Below are positions 38,336 through 51,725 of a DNA stretch of 64,000 nucleotides, piece by piece. Both the position numbers and the translations under genes were made by a program. The notes below the pieces were generated by a model, which had not been told where the DNA came from, ran no database searches, and saw only the letters and a program-made list of their open reading frames with translations. Positions within the stretch are counted from its first letter, which is position 1. Every line of letters starts with the position of its first letter. Source of the stretch: Adineta vaga (Eukaryota; Animalia; Rotifera); NCBI GenBank assembly GCA_021613535.1, contig CP075494.1:124001-188000 (forward strand), read 5' to 3'.

Positions 38336-38653
38336 ATGAAGATATTCAAAAGTTTTCTATTGTTTTTTGTCATCGTACAATTGGTCGAAAGCACATTATA
38401 TCTTTATAATACAGAAGATAATTTTCAAATTGAATTTTACGATTGTATCTATTACGATGATTTACCGTATTGTCGTCGTCCGAAAGATCCTTTCTTTTTA
38501 CAGCGAGACAAAATTACAACACATTGTTATTACGATGGAAAAATTCATTTATTTTCATGGCTTCTTTCAGAGAATATTATTATACAAACATTATTACATC
38601 AATGGAAATCAAGCATAGAAAAGATCGAGCAATATTCTGTATATACTATATGA
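38336..38653 (+). pseudogene. N-terminal fragment of a secreted/receptor protein
   Basis: Signal peptide then LYNTED..FYDCIY..YCRRP. No convincing continuation. Confidence 0.45.
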
Positions 38654-40284
38654 GTTATTATCGACACCTACATATGCAGTTCTGTAGAATCATAACTAAT
38701 GTGAATGTGTTTACAGAGAGATGGTAAACTATCTCTATTCCGTGTTATTTTTTATCAAGACTTAACGTCATACTTCCGATTAGGTATTTTTAGTATGAAA
38801 AATCATTGATTCTTTATTATATTCATTTCAAATACAGAAAATCAACGATTTCGAGAAGATGGGTTTGACTCATCCAACACTCTTTTACTCAAAAAGATAA
38901 CGATTTTTTTTGTTATTCTCATACGGATATGAATTTTAATATAAAAAATTGCACCTTTACTCTTGAGAATGGAATACATTATCTTCAATGTAACCACTTA
39001 GAATATACTAAAACTTCTGATCTTAGTTAAAAGAATTTATCGGATAAGATGAACCATTCAAAATTGAGCAACTAAATATACTAATGTTACGTCTCTCGTG
39101 CTCTCTCTTATCCTCTTTATTCACTCCTTTAAATACTCTACCGAAGTATCAGAACAGAACATATCAAAACGTGACAGAATGAAACAAAGTGAAAAGCCAG
39201 AGAACATACTTGTGGCAGAAGAGATACATTCTGCCATAACAACTAACTTGTAGAACAATCGTAGATCATTAAAAAATCGTACAATACCACTTAAATTCAT
39301 GTTGCGACGGAATGGACACTACTGAACGATTTGATGCTAGAGCAGCTATCGTTTTGAAAAAAACTAAAATAACTATACTATTTTAAATTTATAATAGATT
39401 ATAGTCACATATTGTTTTTTCGTTCTTCCTATATATTTATATTACCACTTTGCATAGTAGAAAATGCTCGACAGAAAATGAACAAAGACCTTTTCTGTTT
39501 GATGTTATATAGAGCAGGAGCGGTCGTTGATATTATGGTGAGCAATACGTCAGTAGAAATATTTTTCTTTCTTTTTCACACTAGAAAAATGTTGTGAATA
39601 TTTTCTCATCTTCATCATACAAAAAAAGAAAAAGAAACGTTAAGTTTTACGATGATGGATTAGAATAGCACGTTCTTTCGATGTATGTCCACATAGTAGG
39701 ATTTAAGACACATGATGTCAAAAGTGAAAGTTTATTCTTTTCTTGCAAGATAATAAAAAACATATGTAGATAATTAATATTCAGAAAGATATGAAAAAAA
39801 TCACATATGTTCGATATTCATCAAATTCGATTCAAGACCTGGTATTGAATTTGACAGGACTAGAACAGATTTTTTAGATGACTGAATCCGATGCATCTTA
39901 TTAGGCAGTGTGAGTACAGTTGACGTCAGAGATTCACGATTGTCTGTTACACTTTTACCTTCACAGATCTTGCATAAATTTTTCTTAAAATTTTTGCTTA
40001 TATTCCCTTTGCTTATTCTTTCCCTCTCTCTTTTTCTCTTTCATTCGATCAATATCTTGTGTAGACGTGCATTTTTACAACTATTTTAACAACATAGTAT
40101 CTGAGATTCAGTCTCCACTTTGACGAGATAGAAAAGCGAAGAACATTTTTCCCTTTTTATTTTCTCTCGCTTAAAAAAAAGGCAAAGTGACAACCAGTTC
40201 TTTTTCTTTCGTTTTCTTTCTGAAAATAAAAAGAGATTTTTTTTTACTAAGGAATGTTTCTTATAATATTTCTTGTCAAAAAGT

Positions 40285-42359
40285 ATGATCGCTTCTCGTT
40301 GTTTGTCTATGCCTTCTCTTCTAGACTATTACTCTTCACAAATGTCATCAAACCAAGCACTTCGTGTTTGTCACAAGCGTATGTCAGAAATAATTCATTT
40401 ATTTTGGTTAGAATCTAACATAAATGACGAGATGTTGAACATTCAAAAGTGCTTACAATCAAACTGGAATCAAATTCAAGTCTTTAATAAGCTCGATGAA
40501 TACATAGAATATCTTGAACACGTAGAACAAGGCCAAAAAATTATTACCGTGTTATCTGCTGTTAATATCAATGAGCTGTTGAAAGAACTTTATTGTATAC
40601 CACAAATATCAGAATTTTGTATTTATATTAGAAACGAAAATGAACCGGAACAAAAGGAAAAGGTAAGAATTAGATATGCTGTTTAGTTATGAACAATGTA
40701 TTGATATTAACTGATGTGATAAGCAACAAAACATATCGAATAACAACGTCTAATTCTTATCTTTTCACGTTTTAGATCAAATGTATATTTCGAAATTCCA
40801 AGAGTCTTATAGATCATTTGTCTAAAAGACATCGTCGTCATCAACGTGCAGATGATGATTTTACTATCAATATTTATAATCAATCAACTTCGACATCATC
40901 TATTGAACAACAACGAATTGCTGAAAATGCAAAGTTTTTATATTTTCAAATGTCTATTGAAATCTTATTTAAAAATTTACCATATAACAACGAAAAATCT
41001 AATCAAGATTTGATTGAAATATTGAAAGAAAAGTGTTCAGAAAATAACGATGTATTAAAAGAGTTTCAGCGTGATTATCGTCCAGAAATGGCAATTTATT
41101 GGTATACGAGATCATTCTTCTTATATGAATCCATGAATAGAGCACTTCGAGATAACGATATTGATATTTTATTAGCAATGCGTTCGTTTATCATCGACTT
41201 GTACGAGCAACTCTACAAGTTACATCAAACTCAGTTCAGCAGAAAACAAAATTCTATTATTCGTGTTTACCGTGGACAATCGTTATCTATCTCTTATCTT
41301 AAATTAATTCGTAATAATATTAATGGATTCATATCACTCAACAGTTTTCTGTCAACAAGCACCGATATAGATTTCGCTATAGGATTTGCAGCTGCAGGTG
41401 AAATAGCAGATAACCTTACACATTGTTTATTACAAATCAGTATTGATCCACATATGACGAACGCTGCATTTGCCGTGATAAAGGATCTAAGTTGCCACTC
41501 AGATGAAAATGAATTATTAATCAATTTAGGATCGATCTGTCGTATTGATGATGTTGAATATGATCAAGATCAAGAATTGTGGAAAATAACTCTAACACTG
41601 TGTGATTTGGATAGTTATGAATTAAAAGATCTTCTAGTAGATATGAGGAAATCAGCGGGAAATGGTGCCTCATGTCTGGGTTGGCTAATGTATAAAAAAG
41701 GTGATTTTCCGAGATCTATCAAATACTATCAAGCAGCAATAAATGATTTGACAACAAGCGATTTGGATAGAGCTTTATGCAATCGAGGTTTGGCATTAAT
41801 TTCTGGTGAAATGAAACAATTCGACAAACAAATTATGTATCAAACGAATGCAAGAGAATTATTTAAGCAATTAAGTCCTATCGAGTATATGATCGATATC
41901 GCTCAAGCACAAACAATTATTGGCGAAGCTTATGTCTTCAAGAAAGAGTTTGAGAAGGCTTTTCATTATCTTCTAGCGTCGCTTTTCCTACTTCCTACTG
42001 ACCATTTTGGACGAGCAAATGTCTTTATGACAATGGCTAATCTATATGACGAAAGATTCGAATTCAAAACAGCACTTGATTTCTACAACTTAGCACTTAA
42101 TATTTACCATCAGCATTTAAACGAAAACGATATTTCGTTTGCAAGACTATACAGTAATATTGGAGTAACATATGGAAGAATTGGTGATTCTACTAAGCAA
42201 TTAAAATATTATCATAAAGCACGTGATATATTTAATAGAGCTTCACATCCGGATCATCAACAAATAGCTATAATTGATGATAATATTAAACGTGCGAAAT
42301 CACAACAAACACTCATGCAAGCAATCGATATATATCTCTACATTAACTCGATACTCTAA
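40285..42359 (+). CDS. ADP-ribosyltransferase (ART)-TPR protein; intron 40663-40775
   Basis: In-frame GT..AG splice. YWYTR..MNRALR, VYRGQ, SFLSTS, DENELL, then multiple TPRs. The start codon could be 40285 or 40342. Confidence 0.88.
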
Positions 42360-42374
42360 AACAACCCCCATCCT

Positions 42375-44246
42375 ATGAACCCTATATATGGAACTCAAGA
42401 TGAGTTCCTGACGAACGGTGATTCTTTAGAACCGAATTATTGGCAAGAAAGAATCAACAATGATACTCAATTTATGCAGTTTATGATCGAAGTTTACAAG
42501 AACCAACGCTTGGATATAGGAAAGAATGAAATAAATAACAAACAAGTGAATCATTAAACACAACAACAAATCACAAACCAAATCCCTCGACTAATGGATC
42601 AACCAGCTTATGCATCACCTATTCAACAACTACATCAACAGGATCATGTACGTACAACAAAGACATCTATGGGTAATGTCTATGACAACTCAACTCCAGT
42701 GAATCAAATCTCATCTACACTACGTAGGCAATTGGAAGAAAGTAACTCACCAGACAAAGGTTATCAACGACAAGTGAAAAAACAACGACCTCATGGACCA
42801 GCTGCAACAACGATGCCAGCAACAGCAATAACATCGCCATCTAGACGTCAGTTTGGCTTTCCAATTCGACACCTTAAACATGCAATTGCAAATAGACCAC
42901 CTTGCTTCTTCATCAAATTTACAAATAACAGTAAAGATGAACAACATCAAATCCCATCGATAATGAACACAGCCAAATGGATAAAAGAAGTGGTCTTCCA
43001 ACAGTCAGATGAACGAATCGAAGAATTTTCATTATTCATTCCAGCTGGTAACAATCGTTACAAATTCGGAGTAGCATCAAAAGAGGACTTTTTGAAACTC
43101 TGGCGATGTAACTGGCCGAACAAAATGAATCAGATGGAAGTGGAAGTGGAGCGTCCGCGCGCATTACCGGACTCATGTGCTCTAGTAATACGTTACATTC
43201 CACCTGACATCAACGTCGAATCCAGATACAAAGAAATTACAAAAACATTAAAATCTGCAGTAGCATTAACAAAAATTAATTATCATCGTAAACGAACAAC
43301 AAATGATTACAGATTCTGTGTAACAGATTCTAATGAATATGATGAAATTATTAAAATCGGGAGAATAGCAATGGGTCACTTGCTCCTTCCAATTACACCG
43401 TTCATACCAGGTTTAAATATGACATATTGCAACAACTGTTGGGAATTAGGACACACGAGAACTCAATGCAAAATTGAGCCAAGATGCCGGAAATGTCTCG
43501 ATAGATGGGATCCCGACCACCGATGTCAAAAACCAGTACTTTGTGCGCAATGCCAAGGAACACATCCTTCACTCAGCTTGGAATGCATTGTGGTAAAAAA
43601 TTACCGTAAAACCCTGCAGGAAGAAGTCAATATGGCAATAAAAGGTGGAATTATAACCCAAATGGATGGTAATAAAAAGCAAAAGGATATCCAACAAATG
43701 AACATCGACTTTCCGACGCTTAAGCCAAATATTAATCAACAACCAACCTGGGGCAATCAAAAGATATGGTCAAATGCAGGACAATCAAAACAGGAACAAG
43801 AACAACTGAAGGAAATTAAAAAACAAACTAATAATGTATTAGACGCAACGCGGCGAATGGAGACAAAATTGGATACTCAAGTCTTGAAATTGGAAAACTC
43901 AGACAAGTGGTTATCAATTAACAAACAAGGTATATTGGTAATAGCAAATATAATGCAACAAACAATCGATACATTATTAATAAAGGAGAAGAAAAATCAA
44001 GTACCAGTTCTACAAGAGTCAGCACAACAAATGGCAGAATTTAAAAGAGACATTACAGAGAAATTCAATACATTATCATTTGAACAACAACAGCAACCAT
44101 CAAACTCATTAGCACCTCAAACCAACAACAACCAAACGACTGACCCGACGATTAGAATAGCAACATCGATGCCAACAGCGTATACTAACTCTCTTCCAAA
44201 GAAGCAAGTAGAGCAAGATTACTCGATGAATCGATCAAATGACTAA
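42375..44246 (+). pseudogene. LINE ORF1 (three Zn knuckles), with an in-frame TAA at 42555-42557
   Basis: CNNCWELGHTRTQC, CRKC..H.C and CAQCQGTH..C. The upstream ORF at 42375 is in the same frame as 42594. Confidence 0.8.
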
Positions 44247-47200
44247 TAGCTTTGCTTGTCACCCTCTAAATATTTTCGCAGCTCCCTTTGTCTTTAACCC
44301 ATATCCTAATCCTAACCCGTTCAATAATATTGTAAAAGATGCAGTGATTCAGAAAGTCATTAGTTGGGGTTTTCCCACAAAAATTGTCAAATGTGTCACA
44401 GAAATTGTTAATGAATGGTTCTCTGGTAACACAGTCAGTGGAATTCTTGATCATTGGGAAAAGAGAATTTCACCGACAACTACCGCTCAACTAACACCAC
44501 TGAATATCTTAATATATAATGTACAAGGTTGGGGTTCTAGAGCTCTTGAATCTGTTGAAATGACCTTTAAATCAGATAGTTCTATTTGTGTATTTACAGA
44601 AGTCGGGGAACTGTGGAATAAATCCTCTATACCTCATTTTAAAACTTTTTATCAAAAAGGAACAAATACTAAAGGGGGAGTAGTAGTAGCAATTGGTAAA
44701 CATCTTAAAACAACACGAATAGAGTGTAACATAGAAAATACAGTAATAGTCGATATAGAAGGACTATCACAACAGATCAGAATCATAGGCATTTACTGGC
44801 CACAATGTCAAAAGCGAAATTTAAATGATCTGAAAGCATTTGTAACTGAAAGAACAATAATTGCAGGAGACTTTAATGCCACTGCAGAGGAATGGAATAG
44901 TCCAACAACAGATCCGAGAGGTAAACAAGTAAAATACTGGATAAAAGAAAATAGTCTAGTCTTTGTGCCGGGTACGAAAAACTCGTCAAAAAGATCTGAT
45001 AGACATATAGATCTAATCTTTACAAATCTAAATGACATCACAGCAGAAACACTAGAAACAGGTTCTAGTGATCACTGGCCATTGGTCATGAGGAGCGAAA
45101 AAGTCGGTTTTCAAACAAATGGACACTTTCCAATAGTAAATTGGACAATATACGAAATAATGCTGAGTTTGTTGCAAGACTTCTGGATAAAAGAACTACA
45201 TGCAGAAAGCCAGAATATAGACAGATGGTACGTAAACTACACTAGATTCCTCGCTGCATTAAAGAAAAGAGTAACGAGATGGAGAAGTCGAGATAAATAT
45301 AGACCATCTTTACCTCTATACATAATTGAGATGTTGAAGGATGTTCGACAAGTACGGAATAAATATTACAGAGAAAGAAAATTGAATCGTGATTTAAATA
45401 TTGAAGAATATAGAATAAAGTTAAGAACAATGAGTAGATATGCTACAAAAGAGATTAACAAATATAAATCAGATCGATGGTGTGAATTTCTTTCCCAAAT
45501 ACAAGAAGCACATGATCATAGAGGAAATGTTTTTTGGTCACACTTATCTAAGATTTATAAACCGAAGTCACTTCCAATCTCAAAATTAACAACGTGTTCA
45601 GGAATTATTTCGAAACAAGAGGATGTCACCAACACTTTATTTAATTACTATAAAGAACAAGCGAAAGCACCAAGAATAAATAATAATGATCACCACGATC
45701 AGTATATCGAAAAAGAATATTTACATATAAAAGATATTATAGGAAAAAACGTAAACGTTGAGTTAGAACCAATTTCAGTTGCGGAATTAACAAAAATTAT
45801 AAGGAAAATGAAGCATAAAAAATCATCTGGCTATGACGAAATATCAAATCACATGATTAAATTACTCCCTCCTGCATATACCCATTGTCTAGCCACATGT
45901 TTTAACGTCTGGTTTCACCAATGTCGGTTCCCCGATATGTGGAAAGTGGCTAAAATAGTTACACTTAATAAACTAAAAGCAGGAACTCCACAACCAGATC
46001 AGACTCGTCCTATATCGCTTCTTCCAGCACATTCGAAACTCTTTGAAAAAGTACTGCTCGAGAGAACGAGAAGATAGGCGGAAGGAAATAAGCTAATTCC
46101 CGAAGAACAATCGGGGTTTAGGCCGGGAGGACTTTTGCCCACAAGAGTGCTGTCCATATATCAAGAAATCAAAAACAATCTGGCGGCCAACATGCCAACT
46201 TTGGCAATTTATGTTGACTATAAAAAGGCGTATGATAAGGTGTGGCATGCAGGACTTATAGTTAAACTACGCGACCTGAGGATGCCAATAGAATTGTTAA
46301 CGATGATCGAGTCCTGGTTAAGAAACAGACAGGCATATATAAACCTAGGTGAGAACAGATCAGATAATTTCAACACCGATATAGGCTTACCGCAAGGGAG
46401 TAGCTTAAGTCCTTACCTCTTTATAATCTACCATTGTGATCTGACTAAATGTTTAGGGGCACATTCAGGACATCTATTCGCCGATGATCTGTGTGTACTC
46501 ATCAAAGCCCCCATAGTAAGATCATTGAGTCCAATAATAGATTTTATAGAAAAGGAAGGAAATAGAACATGTAAGGAAATAAGCGAATATTCAAGAAAAT
46601 GGAATCAACCAGTTAACGTCCAGAAAACAGTAATGCAATTATTCTACTCCCAAGTGAAGCGTCCGGATGTTAAGATTGAAATGGAGGGTGTTAGGTTAGA
46701 AACGGTGGATAGTTTTAAATACTTAGGCTTTACATGGACAAATAAAATGTCACTAAAACCGACAGTTGATCAGTGCCTTTCAAAAGCCGAGAAAGCTCTG
46801 GCAAAACTAAAATGGTTAAAAAGAGGTAGAAAAATATCAGTTCCTGTGCTTAGACAGTGCATGTTCGCCTATGTTTTCCCACACCTGGCGTGGATTTTCC
46901 CCCTTTACCCCTTTTTACCAATAACTCAACGTAGTGCATTAGATAGTAAGTTCCGAGTAGCTATTAGAACTGTTCATAGTTGTCCCTATGTGTCAGCAGT
47001 AGATCTCGGTATGATAACCAAGGAGAAACCATTAAACTTCTACGTACAACGCTACATAAAGAAAAGACTAGGAAATATATACAAATCCGACTTAGGAGAA
47101 TCACCCTTTTTACTAGATATTTTTTACTGGGACAAATTCAAAAAAGAAAAAGGTGACTCATTAGGACACTACTTTAGACTAAGAAGAACGAACAAATTAT

Positions 47201-47265
47201 TAAGTAGGCACAAAATCCTTCTAATTAAATGGATCAATTTCATAGAAGAAAACAGTGGTAACTGA
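44239..47265 (+). pseudogene. LINE ORF2 (APE endonuclease + RT), with an in-frame TAG at 46075-46077
   Basis: YNVQG, GDFNA, SDHWP; RPISLL, GLPQGS, FADD. ORFs 44239 and 46135 share a frame. Confidence 0.93.
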
Positions 47266-47537
47266 GAGTGGACGAGCTTACATTAGAGTACCAACAGTCC
47301 ATGAGTAGACAGACAACTAGACAGGATATCCTGATATGACGATATGAATCACTAGCACCTTGCCCTAGATAACGGTTTAAGACCCTACCCCTATGCTTAA
47401 TTTTGTCTCCCTTTCCTTCTTTTTCTCCTTTTGTTGTAAGCACTCAAGGGTGCAACATTAATAAAAGCGAAAACAAAAAAAAAAAAGAAAACTCATGCAA
47501 GCAATTTATTTAATTTCTGACAGAAATTTATAAAACG

Positions 47538-47593
47538 ATCTTGACGATGAGAGCATATAGATATAGATCCGGTCTACATCCTCACCCTCAAAA
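47538..47593. repeat. Degenerate telomeric-arm hairpin mini-element
   Basis: atcttgacgatgagag...catcctcaccctcaaa. Confidence 0.45.
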
Positions 47594-47805
47594 CTGTCTC
47601 GGAAATTACATTTCTTTCAATATCATCTCTAATGAGGGTAACAAGCCATTAAATAATCATTGTCGAACAATGGGTTCATCCATCTATTGTCTCCTTTTGA
47701 TCGGTATCATTAGAAGACACTTGATCTTGCCAAACATCTTTTAGTTAGCAGATTTGATCAACTTTTTTTATTGAATTTTAAAAGAATACAGTTTTCTACT
47801 CTTAA

Positions 47806-48425
47806 GGCCCCCCCCTTAGAAAGGCATTTTTTTGAAAAATAAAATCGGTAAATACACAAGTTTTTTGCCTTTCTCTGGATTTTAGTGAAAAACCACTTCC
47901 AAAACCTTTCAAACGTTTTCCCCAAAATCCGAGTTTTAGTCACAAAAATTGTTATAACTTTCTTTCCGCTCAAGCTATAACCAATTTTGTTTTTGTTTTG
48001 AAGGTCTGAATAAAAGGAAACTTTTGTCTGAACGGATTTTTTGTAATAGATTCCTGGTTTGAGAAAGGTGTAATTTATGATTGCAGAACCACCGTTTGTC
48101 GTGCTGATTTCTAAACATATCCATTGAAATATTCATAAAAAATGCAGTATACAGAATTTAAAAATTCTGTTCAGACAAAAGTTCGATACTGACGTTAGCT
48201 TTAATTTGAAACTACTCCGAGCTCCGTACCTAGTGTTACACTGGAGTTATATCCATTCTCCTGAAGACCAAAAATGGCCCATGAATCAGCTGAAAATCCG
48301 GTCTGGTATAACCGATCGAGCTGAAATTTTTACCAGAACTATATTTCATCAGGACTACTCATCCCTGAAAATTTCAGCCCAAACGGATCATTCTAAGTGG
48401 CAAATCGTTTCTGAGGGGGGGGGGC
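47806..48425. mobile_element. 620-bp non-autonomous TTAA-flanked element (Kolobok-like MITE)
   Basis: TTAA-GG(C)8TTAGAAA ... TTTCTGA(G)10C-TTAA. Imperfect TIRs starting with a purine, and no credible ORF. Confidence 0.75.
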
Positions 48426-48523
48426 TTAAAGAGACGAAGATGCAAGGGGGAAAAAGCAGACTTCTGTGCTTCTCCGTACTTCTCTGTACTTCCTTGGACT
48501 TCCTTGTACTTCATAACACTTAT

Positions 48524-51271
48524 CCCTTTCCGGCCGGATGTTGCCAAATGGCAACATTGAGATGATGTTTTATTGATAGCTCTTTAAAACTACTGTTGAT
48601 TATCATTCTTATACTACGATAATTAAAGGTAGATATAACATACTTTACCCACCTATCATTCAATATGAATGCGTATGGCTTTCGGAAAATAACCTGGTAC
48701 ATACTAATTAGCATGGCAGATTAGTATTATCAAAACTGTTGTTTCTGGACAATTTATAGAAACTGAATACACTAATCAGTAATTCTAAAAATTTTCTTAC
48801 TTTATCATCAGTATGAAGTACCACTAATAACAGACTTTTGTTGGTATATAAAATAAAAAAAAGTAAAATGTTGCCTTTTGGCAACTCCCGGCTGTAAAGG
48901 GTCAAAAATTTCCAAACTTGTTGCAAAGCTTCAGCAGCATTATTCAATGACTATGGCATACTATTAACTCTAAATAATAATTGAAGAGTATGTTCTCTTG
49001 CGACTGGTCGCAGAAATGTTATATATTGAGAATTAGAAGCAATTAGGGAACATTCAATTATAGTAACTAACTAATAATTTTAAATATTAAATTCAAAACA
49101 ACAGAAAATTATGTGTCAATATAAATATCTTGTTCAGCTTACTCGCGCCATCTGGTGAAATAGATTTTCACTGGCGAGTAACGCAGCCTTTCACTGTAGT
49201 TCTATGATGAACCGTTAGAACTGTCAATTTCACCTGTCAAAGTTAATATCAAGGTCGTATAAATTCGTTTTTTTATCGGAATTTTGCTTCAAATATATTT
49301 TAAATCACGTGAGTTACCATTACGATCGACAAGAGTATCGTGGATTTTGATCTGATTGTTTTTTTAGACATATGTCTAAGAAAAGAATCCATAAAAATCA
49401 CACTGTCATACCGAATGGTACGAGTGAAGATGTTGATACATCAGAATCAGAAGATGAAATGAAGAAAATTCAAGATGTTCTAAAAAATCAACTTGTAATG
49501 AATTCTGATTCTTCATCATATGAAAACAGTAATAGTGACAGCGAAGAAGAATTTCAAAAAGCAACATCCAGATCAAAATCAAAAAAAAAGAAAAAGAAAA
49601 AATTTCATTGGATTAAAAGATTGTTCACACCTCCTGTAGCAACATTTACAGAGAACTTGCCATCACCACCAACCAATTCTGAAGTAGAGCCAATTGAATA
49701 TTTTTGCTCAATGTTCGGAAAAGATTCAATCGGTATTTTGAAGAATCAATCAAATCTATATTCTGTACAAATGAATCCAAATCGACCTGTCAATATTACC
49801 GATACTGAAATTCGTCAGTTTATTGGTATACTCATCATGACTGGAGTTTATTGTTTTCCACAACAACGATTTTATTGGACAAATGGTACACGTATTCCAT
49901 CAATCGCCTCGACAATGAGCCGAGACCGATTTCTTCAAATAAAGAAATATCTTCATGTTGTTGATAATACTAATCAACCTGATCGAAATGATCCTAATTT
50001 TGATCGAGCATTTAAAGTTCGGTCTTTACTGAATATTGTAAAAGAAAATTGTCGACAAATCCCAAAAGAGGAACATTTGAGTGTTGATGAACAGATAATA
50101 CCTTTTAAAGGGAAGAGCATTATGAAACAACACATGCCCAACAAACCTAATCGATGGGGCTACAAGATGTATCTACTTGCAGGTGGTGAAAGTGGCATCT
50201 GCTACGACTTTGACTTTTATACAGGCAAAGCCAATGGAACACAACATGGCTTTTGCACAGATATTGTACTGAAACTCAGTGAAACTATTCCACGAATGAA
50301 GAATTACAAACTTTACTTCGACAATTATTTTACAACAATTCGATTACAAGTTGAATTACATAAATTAGGAATTTATTCTGTTGGTACTGCTCGAACAAAT
50401 CGATTACCAGATCTTGTAATGAAAGATGTCAAAACATTAGAAGAAGAAGGTCGAGGTGCAATGGATCAACGTATTGTTCAAGTAGATGGTGTTGTGCTAT
50501 GCGCCACCAGATGGTTCGATAATAACTTAGTCAATTGTCTTTCCACATTATATGGTTGTGAATCACAGGACTTGGTAAAAAGATGGTCTGCATCGAAAAA
50601 ACAACATATTCAAGTTCCACGCCCAAATGTAATTAAATGTTACAATCAATTTATGGGTGGCGTCGATCTGCATGATATGCTCATTTCATTATATAGAATA
50701 AATATTGGTTCAAAAAAATATTATATCAAAATCATTTTTCACTTGATTGACTTATCGATTGTTAATGGCTGGTTATTGTACCGTCGTCATTGTAATCAAC
50801 TTCGATTAGCAAAAAATGAAATTCTCTCATTATTACAATTTCGGATGGCAGTTGCTGATGCTTTATTGAAACCAGTAGCACCTGAACGTTCAGTCCAACG
50901 AGGACGACCAACTGCACGTCTTCGATCAAAAGAAACAAGTCAATCTAAACGACGTCGAGCTATAGCTATTCGATCTCCATCAAATAATACACGTCGAGAT
51001 GGATTTCATCACTGGCCAAAGACAACAACTAAAGGACGTTGTCGTAATTCTGGATGCTACATTATGCCGATATTTTTGAATAAGAAAAAATTTTCTCATT
51101 TCTTGACCCCTTTCGGCCGGATGTTGCCATTTGGCAACATCTCAGCGTTCTGTTACATATTGATTTTTCACTCCCCATATTAAAACCTTATCATGTCCAT
51201 CACTCAAGAAGAAAAAATATGTAGAGCACGATTTTTTTTCTTAAGTGTTTCTAGGAGCCGGCTGGAAAGGG
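48524..51271 (+). mobile_element. piggyBac element with non-canonical TTAT TSD
   Basis: TTAT-CCCTTTCCGGCCGG ... CCGGCTGGAAAGGG-TTAT (13/14 TIR match), enclosing a transposase. Confidence 0.92.
49372..51183 (+). CDS. piggyBac transposase (PGBD2/3-like); C-terminal Cys-rich domain truncated
   Basis: SVDEQIIPFKG, FDNYFTT and MGGVDLHD are intact. The CRD stops after HWP..GRCRNSGC and the ORF runs into subterminal DNA. Confidence 0.9.
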   Translation: MSKKRIHKNHTVIPNGTSEDVDTSESEDEMKKIQDVLKNQLVMNSDSSSYENSNSDSEEEFQKATSRSKSKKKKKKKFHWIKRLFTPPVATFTENLPSPPTNSEVEPIEYFCSMFGKDSIGILKNQSNLYSVQMNPNRPVNITDTEIRQFIGILIMTGVYCFPQQRFYWTNGTRIPSIASTMSRDRFLQIKKYLHVVDNTNQPDRNDPNFDRAFKVRSLLNIVKENCRQIPKEEHLSVDEQIIPFKGKSIMKQHMPNKPNRWGYKMYLLAGGESGICYDFDFYTGKANGTQHGFCTDIVLKLSETIPRMKNYKLYFDNYFTTIRLQVELHKLGIYSVGTARTNRLPDLVMKDVKTLEEEGRGAMDQRIVQVDGVVLCATRWFDNNLVNCLSTLYGCESQDLVKRWSASKKQHIQVPRPNVIKCYNQFMGGVDLHDMLISLYRINIGSKKYYIKIIFHLIDLSIVNGWLLYRRHCNQLRLAKNEILSLLQFRMAVADALLKPVAPERSVQRGRPTARLRSKETSQSKRRRAIAIRSPSNNTRRDGFHHWPKTTTKGRCRNSGCYIMPIFLNKKKFSHFLTPFGRMLPFGNISAFCYILIFHSPY

Positions 51272-51549
51272 TTATACTGGCATATATTAAAAGTTTCATC
51301 CCAAAAAACAGAACAAAACTGGCCTGTCACTGGAACTATTAAAACTTTTATTCCCAATAACAGAACACTTTTGTCCTGTTTTTTGGGATAAATGACGAAG
51401 ATAAAATGTATTTCTTTGTATTTCTTTGTACTTCCGTACTTCTGAAGTATGAACTCCTGCTTTTTCCCCCTTGCGAAGATGTCGTCAATAGACAAGATAC
51501 TCACAAATGTGAGAATGTATATTCATAGTATAATATAGCAAAAAACAGT

Positions 51550-51620
51550 AGGGTGAGGGTGCGGGTGATGGCGTTTTCTTTCATTACCAATCCTCGACTT
51601 CATCCACATCCTCACCCTCA
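51550..51620. repeat. Telomeric-arm hairpin mini-element
   Basis: agggtgagggtgcgggtg...catccacatcctcaccctca. Confidence 0.65.
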
Positions 51621-51725
51621 GAGTAAAGAAAAAAGTGATTTCTTTATGATTGTTTAGAATTATTTATAAGATAAATGAACAAACTAGTACAAATGCAACC
51701 GGTGATAATAGAATAATAGATAAAT

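Larger units (their letters stand above)
42326..47490 (+). mobile_element. Full-length LINE (Jockey/I-like)
   Basis: 15-bp TSD ACTCATGCAAGCAAT (42311-42325 / 47491-47505), AATAAA plus an A-rich tail, and two ORFs. Confidence 0.95.
48443..51473. mobile_element. MITE with CAAGG termini and 8-bp TSD (P-element-like or hAT-like), split by a piggyBac
   Basis: 17-bp TIR CAAGGGGGAAAAAGCAG. TSD CGAAGATG at 48435-48442 and 51474-51481. Internal gtacttc repeats occur on both sides of the nested element. Confidence 0.85.
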
